Assembly: GCA_963823665.1 (NCBI GenBank)
Contig: CAWGMQ010000008.1
Location: forward strand, 1,568,001-1,632,000
Length of the DNA stretch: 64,000 nucleotides
Source: an uncultured Planctomycetota bacterium
Lineage (GTDB): Bacteria; Planctomycetota; Planctomycetia; Isosphaerales; Isosphaeraceae
Direction: 5' to 3'
Shown: one piece after another, positions 14,451 to 25,500 of the stretch
Layout: every line of letters starts with the position of its first letter
How positions within the stretch are numbered: position 1 is the first letter of the stretch
Notes under the pieces: generated by a model
The model's database searches: none
Told to the model about the DNA's origin: nothing
What the model saw: the letters and a program-made list of their open reading frames with translations, nothing else
Program-made: the position numbers and the translations under genes

Positions 14451-14844
14451 TCAGAAGGCGCTGCCGGCCACGATTCTCACGCTGGCGTAGGGGCTGAATT
14501 CGGCGGAGCGGATGATGCCCTTGACTTCGAGCGCCTGTTCCTTGAATTCATGGAACGGGACTTCGTCGACGTCGGTCTCGCCCACGATTTTGAGGATCTC
14601 TTGATAGATTCTGGGGCTGAAGTCTTTGATCTCGAGCGGGACGGCAATCGAATCGACGACAAGCTCTTCCGTGACTGCGCAAGACGTCGAGCAGGCGCGG
14701 AATTCCCGGGGTGAGCGTGAGGTCGATGACATGGCCGTCGGTCGGAAGCGGGTAGGCGGCATCGACGATCAAGAGCTCGTCGGATTGCCCAAGCTCGGCC
14801 AGGAGAGAACAGATTGCAGGATTGAGAATGCCGCCCTTCTTCAT
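14451..14844 (-). CDS. rbsD: D-ribose pyranase (RbsD/FucU family), frameshifted near 14675
   Basis: MKKGGILNPAICSLLAELGQSDELLIVDAAYPLP...IDLTLTPGIP in one frame; FKEQ...IIRSAEFSPYAS in another. Confidence 0.8.
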
Positions 14845-15141
14845 CGGACTTAATCCTTTGCAGCCAAGCAGCTCGCCAATCCACACCCGCAGAAAGCCCG
14901 AATAAGATACGAATGGCCGGACATCAATTGTGGGCTTCGCTGCCTCGCGCGAAGATCGACAGAGTGCGTGTCCCTAGATTCTTTTCGAGTATAACCATTA
15001 TCCTGGCCTCTCTCTACCCAATCATCGCCGCGGGTAGGGTACAAACCAACAGATGACGCCTCGGATGGAACCGCGCGTGGCGAGCAGGTCCGGCCCCGCA
15101 AGGTTAGATGAAATTCTCCCGGGCCACCTTGAGGACATGCA

Positions 15142-17632
15142 ATGACCAGGAGCGGGTCGCGGATGGGCTGGTCGCTCGTCATTCCAGCCATTCTGCTGGG
15201 AGGCTGGGCGATTGGAAGCGCCATGCTTGCCCGGCGCAGCGATGTGCGAATGAGCCGTTTGATCGGCGGCCAGCGTGGAGCGACATCCGAAGCGGAACAC
15301 GGAAAACCCGCCGGAAAGGAGCTCACGCCCGCAATAGTTGAACACATCGACGACCCTCGGCTGGTCGCGCTGCGCCAGGCGGCCGAGCGCCTGGCGCAGG
15401 CCGGCTGAGCCGCGCCGCGTTGTTGTGGACCAGGTTTGCCTGGTACCTGATCTCCCTACGTTTCTCGATGCGATCGCCGCCTGGGACGAACGGCATTACT
15501 TTCCGATCTTGATCGATGAGCCCGCCTGGACGCTTCCGTTCCTGCGGGCGTTTCGTCCGGCGCGCGTGGTGAGACACGCGGGGAAGAAGCAGCAGTCCGG
15601 CTCGTCACCCGAGCTGAAGGGCGGCATTGGGGGTTCCAGTCGAGCCGAGACGGCGTGGCTGAAGGCAATCGACGCGGTGCGCCGGGCGTGCTCCACGCCG
15701 CCTGAGGCACGCGGCGAGGCCAAGGGGGCTCCAAGCGGCGATGGCCCCGCGCCGCAAACTCCCGGGCTGGTACTGGCAGATCCGGACGCCGCCACCATCG
15801 GGGCCGCGGTCGCGCTGGCCGCTGGGCACTTCCAACCGCTCATTCCTCTTGGAACGTTCCACCTGCCGCGCGGTGTTCCGGGTGCCTCGGAGAGCACGCG
15901 GCGGTTCGGCGACGGGCTCACGCTGGTGGAGGCCTGGGGGTTTGCACGCGGAGTCGAGGCGCGCGTTTCTGCGGTGGTCGCCAAGTACGACCAACTGGGC
16001 GATGACTGCGATTTCCTGACGCTGGCGGGGGACTGGCCTTTTCGCTATGAGGTCGAAGAAGGGGAGTACCCTGCCCGCGGTACGTACGCGATCGATGACT
16101 TGATCGGGCGCACGCTGGCCGGAGGCCCAAGCTTGCGCGGAATCGAGCGATCGCGGCGGCGCTGGGCGTACACCGGGCGGATCGTCGGTGATCCAGCGGC
16201 GAGCGTGGCGCGGGCAATGGGGGCGCTTTTTCTTCATCCGCGCTCGGCCCTGTTATGGAACACATACGGCGGCGGACCGCCATGGTCGACGTACACCATG
16301 AAAGCGGCGAGCGCGCGACTGAGTGGAGTGTTGCCGGGGCCAGTGGAGCACGTCGAAGGACCGCAGTCTGACCTGAAGCACTGGCATGAGATGTTCGCGC
16401 CGCTGAACCCATTCGGGCTGCTGCTCGTCAACACCACCGGGGGACCGGAGATGTTCTCGATTGCCGGAGGGCCGGGCCGGCCGGGGGACGTACCCCGAGG
16501 CGTGTTCAGCGCCGTGTCAATGATTCACAGCTTCTCGGCCGCCAACCCGGCCGATCCCCAAACGATTGCGGGCCGGTGGCTGGCGAACGGCGCCTACGTC
16601 TTTTTTGGGTCAGTGCACGAGCCTTTTCTGCCTTCGTTTCGGCCACCCGGACTGGTGGCGGAGCTGATCGCGGCCGACGTGCCCCTGGTCGCCGCGCTGC
16701 GGCAGGGTGAGGGCGAGCCGGGCGGATTCCCCTGGCGACTGGTCTACCTGGGCGACCCACTCTACCGCGCCGGCCCCGCGCCGCGCGAAAACGCCGCTGC
16801 CGCCATGACCGGGAGAAAGGACGCATCCAAAGGCCCCAAAGCGACAGCCTCGCAGTGGAGCTGGTGGTCCGGCACGAGCCCCCAAGCGACCCTGCCCCCA
16901 AACCACGAAGGAGACCGCATCGACGTCGGCCAGTGGGCCAAAGCCGCCGCGCCTCACGACGTGTTACCGGTTGTGGCAATTCTGGCGATGGACGCAAAGG
17001 CCAGCCCGGCAGTCAGTGTGCATGAAGATGGACACGACGCCGAAAAGCTGCATTTGTGCACCGATGCGGCGATCGCCGAGGCGGCAGCGGAGAGCACCAT
17101 CAGCCACAAGACCAGCGGCCCAACAACCTCGGGCCGCCCGAGCAACGAATGGCGATCGCTCTTGCGGCAAGTCCGGCGGGAGAGACTCGACGAGGGGCTG
17201 CGCAGCACCTATGATGAATTGTTGATCGATGCGCTCGAGCAGGTCGGGGCGATCGAGGAATTGCAATCGCGTCTGGCGAAGATTCCGCCGGAGGAAGCCG
17301 GTGCCCGCGTGTGGCAAGCACAGGAGTGCTGTGCCTTCCTCCGACTGGCGCGGCTTCCGCAAGACCGAACGAGCGAGCCGTTCGACTCAGCACTACGGCT
17401 CTGGGACGAAATGATGGGCCTATCTTGGCCCAAGGGATCGCGATTTCCCGGGCAGCTCACGGAGCGAGTGGCCGCCATGACCGGAATCGACCCGGGTCGT
17501 CGCCTACCGGCCTGGCAGGAACAGCTCCAGAAGACGGCCGGGCGGCTCGGGGCGCAGGGCGATCGATTCCCGCACGTCCGGGCGATCACAGCCGAACAGG
17601 CGCGTGTGGAGGCGCAGCGGACGCGGAGGTAG
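15142..17632 (+). CDS. Large planctomycete membrane/secreted protein with TIGR03790-like C-terminal motifs (frameshift near 15385)
   Basis: N-terminal hydrophobic segment in ORF 15142-15408 joins the 764-aa ORF, which has FFGSVHEPFL and WRLVYLGDPLY motifs. Confidence 0.65.
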
Positions 17633-17837
17633 GGCGCGCGGAAGTATATACCGACCAATAGTGTGTGCCGGTTCTAGAATCGACCGCCCGCGGAATGAGG
17701 TGGTTCAATTCGACGTTCAGAGATTGCTGGCGTAGAATCAGTACGCTGACTGTTCTCACCGAGTCGAGGGGCGCATTCCGTAAAACGGCGCCGACCAACT
17801 GCGAGCGCCGCGAGTTCAGACCTTCGGAGCCGAGGAA

Positions 17838-18380
17838 ATGGCGAGTGCTAAAACGTCGTTGAGAACTTCGCGAGGCGTCACTGGTAGCGAACGGCCTCTA
17901 ACTGCGGGCGACGACGTCGCTGCGGTCTCACTTATACTGAAAAACGCAAGCGATCCAGCGCGGCTTATGGTTCTGCTCGCGCTCGCGGATGGCGAGCGGG
18001 AATCTGTCGGTCTCGCTGACTCGCTCGAAGAAGGCCTCCCGAGCTTGAACACGAATCTCGCGTTTCTTACGCATGCAGGCATGGTCGCCAGACACAGACG
18101 TGGAAACCGGCAGGTTTATTCGCTTACGACTCGCAGTCGAGGGATAACGGCACTTGTCCAAACTCTGCTTCGCGAAGAGCACGCGAAGACTTCGCTACCG
18201 ATTCCAATTGACCCAAAACTTCTGGATGATGTGCGAGGATTCGTCGACGATCCCGACGAGTGGTTCCGCACACCAAATGTCGCCTTCGAAGGACGACAAC
18301 CCATCGAATTACTTGGGACGGCTGACGAGTCGAGGCTCAGGAATCGCATCGAGGCGGCAAAGCACGGCATGTTCTCATGA
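17838..18380 (+). CDS. Antitoxin: ArsR-type HTH fused to Xre/MbcA/ParS C-terminal (DUF2384) domain
   Basis: SDPARLMVL...NLAFLTHAGMV...RGNRQVYSLT; C-terminal EWFRTPNVAFEGRQPIELLGT...IEAAKHGMFS. Confidence 0.85.
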   Translation: MASAKTSLRTSRGVTGSERPLTAGDDVAAVSLILKNASDPARLMVLLALADGERESVGLADSLEEGLPSLNTNLAFLTHAGMVARHRRGNRQVYSLTTRSRGITALVQTLLREEHAKTSLPIPIDPKLLDDVRGFVDDPDEWFRTPNVAFEGRQPIELLGTADESRLRNRIEAAKHGMFS

Positions 18381-18952
18381 AGCTCGCGGCCTGTAAGCGG
18401 CTCGGGCTGTAGTCAATTAACGGAATCTGGTATCGGGCCATCGCCGCGCGGCATTGGAAGACGGCACTCAGAACCGACCAGACCGCTGAAATCCCCGGGC
18501 GATTCAATCCGGGAAAAGCTGCGACGACGCCATTCGAGATTCTCTACCTTGCCGAGAACCAACTGGTCGCTTTATACGAGGTCCAGGCGATTTTCGGTCC
18601 ACCGCATCAGGCGATAGCCAATCCACACGAAAGCAAGCGAATCACAGTCGACACGAGCGTTCGATTGAGCTCGGTGGCGGATCTCACCGCGATCGATCAA
18701 CAGGCTCTGCTCGAAACTTCGATGCAGGAGTTGACTGGCAACTGGGACACGTACGCACCGGGCGAGGCGCCGACTCAGCGCCTTGGCAGCGCTTCATTCA
18801 GGACCAAGAACGTCGAGGGGTTTTTGGCGAATTCGGCCCGAATTCCGAAGTGCAAGACGCTGATCGTATTCCCGTAAAAACTGCGCAAAGGAAGCGAAAT
18901 CGTGTTTGAGGATCACATCACCGGGAAGGTTCACCGGATTGGTCCTCCGTGA
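18377..18952 (+). pseudogene. RES-domain toxin with two in-frame stops
   Basis: ATGA overlap with the antitoxin; one frame reads WYRAI...GRFNP...LYLAEN...LYEV...VADLT...PTQRLG...GFLANSAR...LIVFP, with TAG at 18410-18412 and TAA at 18875-18877. Confidence 0.85.
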
Positions 18953-19169
18953 TCGGTAGCTGGTCTAGCAGACTCTGGGATGGGAACTCAATTACTCGGT
19001 TAGAACCCTTGCCATATCGTGTCAGCGTTGTTGCTTTGAGCGGTTCGTTCGTGTTACCTTCGTCTGTATCCCGCGATGCCCCGACGACGAACGAGGCTCG
19101 GGCTAATTTGTCCAAGAAATCCGGCATTTTCGTGCCGTAGAAAGATTTCCTCTTCGTCGAGGATCACCT

Positions 19170-19913
19170 GTGAGCGCCGCGATCCTTCCGAAACGCGCGC
19201 TGCCGACCCAACGGCCGCGCCGCATGCGTCGTAGTGCCAAGCCGGTTGCGGAGGCCCTGGAATCCCGGACCGTGCTCGCCATCTCGATCACGGCGAGCAT
19301 CGCTGGGCTTGCGCCTGCGGTGATCAGCATCAGTCTCCCGCAGCCAAATGCCGCAGAAATGCAGGACGTTTCGCTGATTCTGAAGGCATCGACCGCGGAC
19401 GAGCAACTGGCGCGCGATGCCGCGTTCGGAAGGAGTCTGCACGACGTCAAGATCACGCTGAGCGACAGCGCGGATGGTTCGGACACGATTGAGCTGACGG
19501 ACGCTTTCATCACCTCGTTTCGGCTGATTCCGGGCGAGAGTTTGGATGAACCGGAGATCGCGCTCGACCTGGAGGGGGAAACGGGGCACACGGGCTCGAT
19601 CTCCGCAGATCTCGACGGAGTCATGCCGCGCGTGGTGAGCGTGACCATTCCGCAAGCGACGAACAGCGAGGCGGCACAGCCCATCACGCTGGTCGTGAAG
19701 CTCTCCGCGGGCCTGCCGAAGCTGTTCCAGGACGCGGCGAGCGGCAGGGTCATTCGCCAGGCCGAGATCACCCTGGACCAGATCGGCAACGGCTCGACTT
19801 ACACGATTGACCTGAGCCAGGTTTTCATCTCTTCGATCCAGTTCGTCGGCGGCTCGGGCGGGGAGATTCCCGAAGCCGAGATTACGTTGGTGACCGGCCA
19901 GGGGCGGTCGTGA
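19170..19913 (+). CDS. Planctomycete-leader protein with two tandem Hcp (T6SS tube)-like domains
   Basis: Arg-rich N-terminus plus EALESRTVLA; two ~100-aa repeats; the second contains LPKLFQDAASGRVI...YTIDLSQVFISSI...GGEIPEAEITL. Confidence 0.7.
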   Translation: MSAAILPKRALPTQRPRRMRRSAKPVAEALESRTVLAISITASIAGLAPAVISISLPQPNAAEMQDVSLILKASTADEQLARDAAFGRSLHDVKITLSDSADGSDTIELTDAFITSFRLIPGESLDEPEIALDLEGETGHTGSISADLDGVMPRVVSVTIPQATNSEAAQPITLVVKLSAGLPKLFQDAASGRVIRQAEITLDQIGNGSTYTIDLSQVFISSIQFVGGSGGEIPEAEITLVTGQGRS

Positions 19914-19980
19914 GTGAAGCCCCAACGTAAAGTCTCGCATTGGTCGCGATCGCCCACCCTTGGCGTGATGGGTAAGAGCG

Positions 19981-20438
19981 ATGTCAGACACCGATCGGCT
20001 GCTGGAATTGATCGAAGACGGCGTCGTTGCGCACGGCGGGGACCTGGGGGGCTGGACGCGGCGCGGTGAAGAGGGGCTGCAGCTTTTTGACGGGCGCGTC
20101 ACTTTGCGGGCCGAGTTGCGCGACTACCAACCTCCGCGCGACGGCGTGGTGCACATCCACGTCATCACGAGGCTGCACGACCACGACGACGAAGTGCTCG
20201 ATGCGTGCCTCGTGGGCCTGGGCGGCGACCGCGGGAAGGCGCTCGCCGAAGCCGCCATGATCTGGATCACCTGCGTGGCCGGGCCGATCAAATCGTTCGT
20301 CGACGGCCGGCCGGTGTGCATGACGTGCCAGGCCGGTGTGCAGGGGGGCGACGCGTCGGCCGGTTATGTCGAAGGGGACTATGGAAGCCAAAGCCGAAGT
20401 CAACGGCGCAGAAGAAGCCGTGGTGGAAGTTCTGGTAA
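19981..20438 (+). pseudogene. Hypothetical (DUF6348-like) gene, internally deleted or frameshifted
   Basis: 135 protein-like codons end at EGDYG, then a different frame gives KPKPKSTAQKKPWWKFW-stop. Confidence 0.5.
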
Positions 20439-20573
20439 TGTAGTTTTTTCGCTCCGCCGGGATGAGGTCTGTGGTCTCCCGGCAGGATTTCGACCCCAAG
20501 ACGTCCGCGCCGGTCAAGCAGGTTTCCTCGGCGCGAGGCTCTCGCCCTCTGGCTCTTGGCCTCGACGTGTGGG

Positions 20574-22052
20574 CTATTGGAGTATGTCCTTGATCACATG
20601 CCCATGCACATCCGTCAAACGGCGGTCGATGCCGTTGTGGCGGAAGGTGAGCCTGGTGTGATCGATGCCCAGGAGGTGCAGCACTGTGGCGTGGAGATCG
20701 TAGCAGTAGGTGACGTTGTCAACGGCCTTGTATGACCACTCATCGGTTGCGCCGTGGGTCGTGCCTCCCTTGATGCCGCCGCCGCAGAGCCAGGACGTGA
20801 AGGCGAACGGGTTGTGGTCGCGGCCTTTGGAGCCCTGGCTGCACGGCATCCGGCCGAATTCGGTCGTCCAGATGACGATGGTGTCGTCGAGCAGGCCGGT
20901 TTTCTTCAGGTCGGTGATGAGAGCGGCTGCGGGCCTGTCCATGCTCCTGCCCATGTCGCCGTGGTCGCGGGCGATGTCTTCGTGCGAATCCCAGTTGCGG
21001 CGTGGAAATCCATTGTCGGCGCCGCTCCAGACCTGGACGAAACGGACGCCGCGCTCGAGGAGCCGCCTGGCGATCAGGCAGTTGCGGCCGAAATCCTCGG
21101 TGACGGGGTTATCGAGGCCATAGAGCGATCGGGTTGCGGGCGACTCGCGCGAGAGGTCGAGGACCTCGGGAGCGCTGAGCTGCAACCGTGCGGCCATCTC
21201 GTAACTGGCGATCCGGGCCTCGAGCCGTGAGTCGCCGGATCGAACGGATTCATGGGCCCGGTTCAAGCGATGAAGGAGCGCGAGTCCATCGCTCTGCGCT
21301 TCGGCGGACGGCGCGCGATCGTCGGGCGGGAACAGGTCGAAGATGGGGCTCTTCGCACCAGGGCGGACCATCGTGCCCTGATTCGCGGCGGGCAAGAAGC
21401 CGGCGGACCAGTTGGCCGGGCCGTTGGGGGCAAACCCGCGCGAGTCGGGCAACACAACAAAGCTGGGTAGGTTCTGGCTCAGATCGCCCAGACCGTAAGA
21501 GACCCACGCGCCCATGCTCGGGAACCCTGGAAGAACGAAGCCGCTGTTCTGCATGAACGTCGCCGGGCCGTGCACATTCGACTTCGCCACCATCGCCGGC
21601 AAGAACGCGAGGTCGTCGACACAGCGGGCCAGACAAGGCACCAGGTCGCTGACCCACTTGCCGCACTGGCCGAACTGGCGCCACTTCCATGGGCTGGCCA
21701 TGATCGCGCCCGGCTCGCTCTGGAACAGCTCGACCTTGCCGCCGGGATCAAATTTCCGGCCGTTCTGCTGCACGAGGATCGGTTTAAAATCGAAAGTGTC
21801 ACACTGACTGGCCGCGCCGGACATGAAAAGCTGTACGACTCGCGTCGCCCGGGCGCGGTGATGAAGGCCGCCATTCCACTGGGGGTGCGCTCGCTGCGCC
21901 CCACTGGACGAACCATCGTCGCCCCGAGATCCGTCCGTCCCCAGAAGGTGCGCCAGTGCGAGTGCTCCGAAGCCACCGCCGGTCTGTGCCAGGAATGCGC
22001 GGCGATCGAGCGCAGACGCATCACGTTGTGGCGAGTGATTTACCGGGCTCAC
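20574..22052 (-). CDS. DUF1501 family protein with Tat signal
   Basis: DRRAFL; LFMSGAASQCDTFDFKP; WDSH; TEFGRMP...GRDHNP; RRLTDVHG. Confidence 0.93.
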   Translation of the reverse strand: MSPVNHSPQRDASALDRRAFLAQTGGGFGALALAHLLGTDGSRGDDGSSSGAQRAHPQWNGGLHHRARATRVVQLFMSGAASQCDTFDFKPILVQQNGRKFDPGGKVELFQSEPGAIMASPWKWRQFGQCGKWVSDLVPCLARCVDDLAFLPAMVAKSNVHGPATFMQNSGFVLPGFPSMGAWVSYGLGDLSQNLPSFVVLPDSRGFAPNGPANWSAGFLPAANQGTMVRPGAKSPIFDLFPPDDRAPSAEAQSDGLALLHRLNRAHESVRSGDSRLEARIASYEMAARLQLSAPEVLDLSRESPATRSLYGLDNPVTEDFGRNCLIARRLLERGVRFVQVWSGADNGFPRRNWDSHEDIARDHGDMGRSMDRPAAALITDLKKTGLLDDTIVIWTTEFGRMPCSQGSKGRDHNPFAFTSWLCGGGIKGGTTHGATDEWSYKAVDNVTYCYDLHATVLHLLGIDHTRLTFRHNGIDRRLTDVHGHVIKDILQ

Positions 22053-22468
22053 GGCCTGGCTCCGGCTGGAGCAGCTTCGCCTTTAAGCGGCATCTGGACA
22101 GAAGGTGAGGCCGGGCCCGGGTTGGCCTGTTCCGGCGCGTGGGCGGCGGCTGGCGATGGAATCTTCATTGCCTTCAAATGCCGGTTGTTTTGCAGAAGCG
22201 TCAGGTGAGTGACGTCGCCGCTCGACCGCCTCGCGAACTCGACCGTCACGTCGGCTTCCTTCAGGTAGAATTGCGTCGTCTGGCCGTTCCGAGCGAGCAG
22301 AACCGAGCCACTCAACCGAGAATGCTCGGCGCGGGCGGTCAGATACTCCTCGATCCTGGATGCGAGCTTCTCCGATGACGGCCGATCGGGGCGAGCGTGG
22401 GCCGGCAGAAGAGGGAAACAGAGCCAGGCAACGAAGCACGCGGCCGAAGCCGTCAGGGCCGACCTCAT
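22049..22468 (-). pseudogene. Serine hydrolase (beta-lactamase family) reduced to signal peptide, first strands and C-terminal DUF3471-like tail
   Basis: IEEYLTARAEHSRLSGSVLLARNGQ is joined directly to TQFYLKEADVTVEFARRSSGDVTHLTLLQN; no SxxK catalytic core. Confidence 0.65.
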
Positions 22469-22527
22469 GGTTTCGACTCTCCGAAGGACTTCAGATGTTG
22501 CCGCACGTTGAATTCGCAGTGACGCTC

Positions 22528-25500
22528 TCAGGAACCGTTCCGCCGGCGATTAAACCGCCGATTCACGAGATCATCGCGCTCGCGGATCTGGCATTGCCAA
22601 CGGGTCAGGGCGGCGGGTGCGGAGATCGGGCGCGATCGTCTCGTCAGGATCTCTCGCGCGCTGGCGGCTGTCACGTAAATTGCGCCGGCGACGGCAAGTC
22701 CTGACGGCCGGATCTCGTCGCTTTGCAATCGTTCGTCGTCGTCCAGTCGCCGGACGGCCGTGATGCGATCGGCGTGTGCGACGACTTCCTGCGGTGGAGT
22801 GCTCGGCGTTTCGACTCTTGGACCTTTATCGGTCGAGAGCAGCGAGCGCACGGCCCTCAGGCTTCCTCGGCTCCAGGTGCCGATGGCGAAATCGATGGCT
22901 TCGATCAACGTACGTTTGGCCTTGATGATGCGGCCCGCTTCGATTGCGGCCTCCTTGACAAACGCGGCTGGGGTCTTCCGGCCGGCGCCGTCATCCTCTT
23001 CGAGGAAGGATGTGCCAGGCGTTTGGGCTTTGGGCTGCTGTTGCTCCTCCTGGAGGCGTGCATCGGCCTCGCTGCGAACCCGTTCGATCGCCTGATCGAC
23101 GCCGGTAACGAATCGAGACCACGAGGCTTGAACGGGCACTCCGGGGCTGGTGAGCGGAGGCATTTCACTCATTTCCGCGAATTCGTCCTGGCTAGACAGC
23201 CGGGGGTACAGGCTCTGGCCGGCACCGCCGGACCCGCTGGGGGCCGAACTGGCGCCGGCCTCGACGCCACCTTCTTCGCTGGTTGTCGTCTCGAGCGTGA
23301 TCGTCAGCATCGTGCCCAGCAGGGCGAGTGACGATTCGTTCAAGGAGACGAGCGAAGCGGAGGCCCCGGAGGCGCTCGCGGTCGAAACAGCGCTTGACTC
23401 TTCGAGCTGGAAACCGACGACAGACGCCGATGCGTCGCCGTCATTGGTCGCGTAGAACTCCAGCCCGTTGTTACTGAAGCTGGCCAGGGCCAGGGCCGAC
23501 GGATTGGGCAGCCCGGACGACGAGATGACCGACGTCAGGTTGAGCCCGTCGTCACCGACCTGGAAGAGCGAGAAGTTGCCGTCGGCATTGTTGCCGACCA
23601 CAAGGTCATCCAGGCCAGTGGCCGGCGAGAGTACGGCGAGGGCAGACGTAGGGTCGGTGCCTCCGCTCGAGAGTGTGGACATGGTTGCGGAGCCCGTTCC
23701 GACACCGGAGATCATCGTCAGGTCGTTGGATACCGAATTGACGGTCACCAGGTCGAGGCCCCCGCCCGGGGAGAAGTTGCCGAGCAGAAGCTGAGTCGGG
23801 TCGGCGCCCACCGAGTAGACGATCGGCGACTGATCATCGAAAAAGCCGTTGCCGAGGCCGGGGAGCAGCAGGACCTGGTTGCTGCCGCTGTCGGCGACCA
23901 GGAGACTGGGCACGGTTTGGCCGGGGAGGGTCATGACCGCGGTCGCGACCGGCCCTATGCCCGCTGCGAAGGTGGGACCTTCGACGAAAGTGGGCTGGCC
24001 GTCCGGCCCGGGCTCGTTGATCAAGGTGGAAACGTTGTTGGAGCCTTCGTTGGCGATGATCAGGTCGGGCCGGCCGTTGCCCGTCAGGTCGGCAACGGTG
24101 ATTCCTACTGGGTTCGTGCCTGTAAAGTAGCCGTTACCGTCGTTCAAGGGAGTGGTGTTGAAAGTCCCGTTTCCCAGTCCCATGTAAATGAACACGTTGT
24201 TGCTGCCACTGTTGGCGACGATCAAGTCGAGGATTCCGTTGCCGGTGAGGTCGGCCAGCGTGACGGCGCCGGGGGTCACCAAGCCGGTGGCCGCACTGCC
24301 CAGGACGGTCGTTCCACCGCCGACAGTTTGAACGATGATCTGATCTGTGGCCTGATCGGAGTAAATGAACGCGGCCGGCGTGCTGCCGTGCTGTGCATAC
24401 ACCGCCAGCGACACTTGCTGGTCGGCGTTCTGAGGGGGCTGGAACGTGCCGTTGCCGTTGCCGATCAGCACCTGCACATCGCCGCGGGGGTTGCTCACGA
24501 GCAGGTCGGCGTCGCCGTTGCCGGTCAGGTCGGCGACGGTGAGGCCGTTGGGCTCGAACCCGACGTTGATCTCGGTGGGGGGGAGGAAGCCTCCGTCGCC
24601 GTTGCTTTGTTCGATGTAGAGTCCATCCGAGGTGAGGATGGCGAGTCCGGCCGGGCCGCCGTCGCCGAAATTGACGGAGCTCACGACCAGCGGGTTGCCC
24701 GGCGTCGGGAAGATTGTGGGATCGGCGAAGCGGCCGTCGCCGGTTCCCGCGAGCACGCCGAACGTATTCGAGCCAGGGTTGAGCGCCACGATCGAGGGGG
24801 CGCCGCCCGACGTGAATATCCCGGCGGTAACGCTCACCGTCTGCTCCAGGCTCGCGACCGGCGACGGCAAGGGCGTTCCGGTCTCGCCATAGGGCCCGGC
24901 CCCGGCAGAAAAGAGGATCGGGGAGCTGAACGCGCCCCCTCCCAGATTTTCGAGGACGCCGACCTCGCCGGAGAGCCTGTCGGTATAAAGGATGTCGAGC
25001 CGGCCATCCTGCTCCAGGTCGGCCACTTCCACGTCGGAAGCACCCTGGCTGACTGGCAGATCGATGCGGGGCGCGAACCAGCCGTGTCCGTCGCCGGGGA
25101 AGATCGAGATCGTGCCGTTGCCGGCATTGCGGACGATCAGGCTGGTGTAGCCGTTGCCGTCCAGGTCGGCGGCCAGAATCTGGGCGGGCTCGGGTCCGGT
25201 GGGAAGCGTGGCAACCTCGACGAAACCGGTCGATTCCAGGCGGAAGAACGAAAGGTTGTTGTCGTCGGCGTCGACGCTGATCAAGACCGGGCCCTGGTTG
25301 GTGACGGCAAAAGCGACGTCGCGTGAGGGATCGCCGGGGTTGACGGTGACCGGTGGTGCAAAGATGCCGGGCTCGCCAGACGCGCCCGCGCGGTAGAGGA
25401 TGTCGCCGGCGGCGTCGACGACAACCACATCGTCTGTGCCGTCGCCGGTCAGGTCGGCGACGAGCGGCGTTTCACGCCGCGCGAGGTCGTCAACCGAGGG

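Noticed and set aside
18410..18877. Stop-codon recoding in the RES gene
   Set aside because: Two different stops (TAG and TAA) are involved, and both serve as normal terminators elsewhere in the window.
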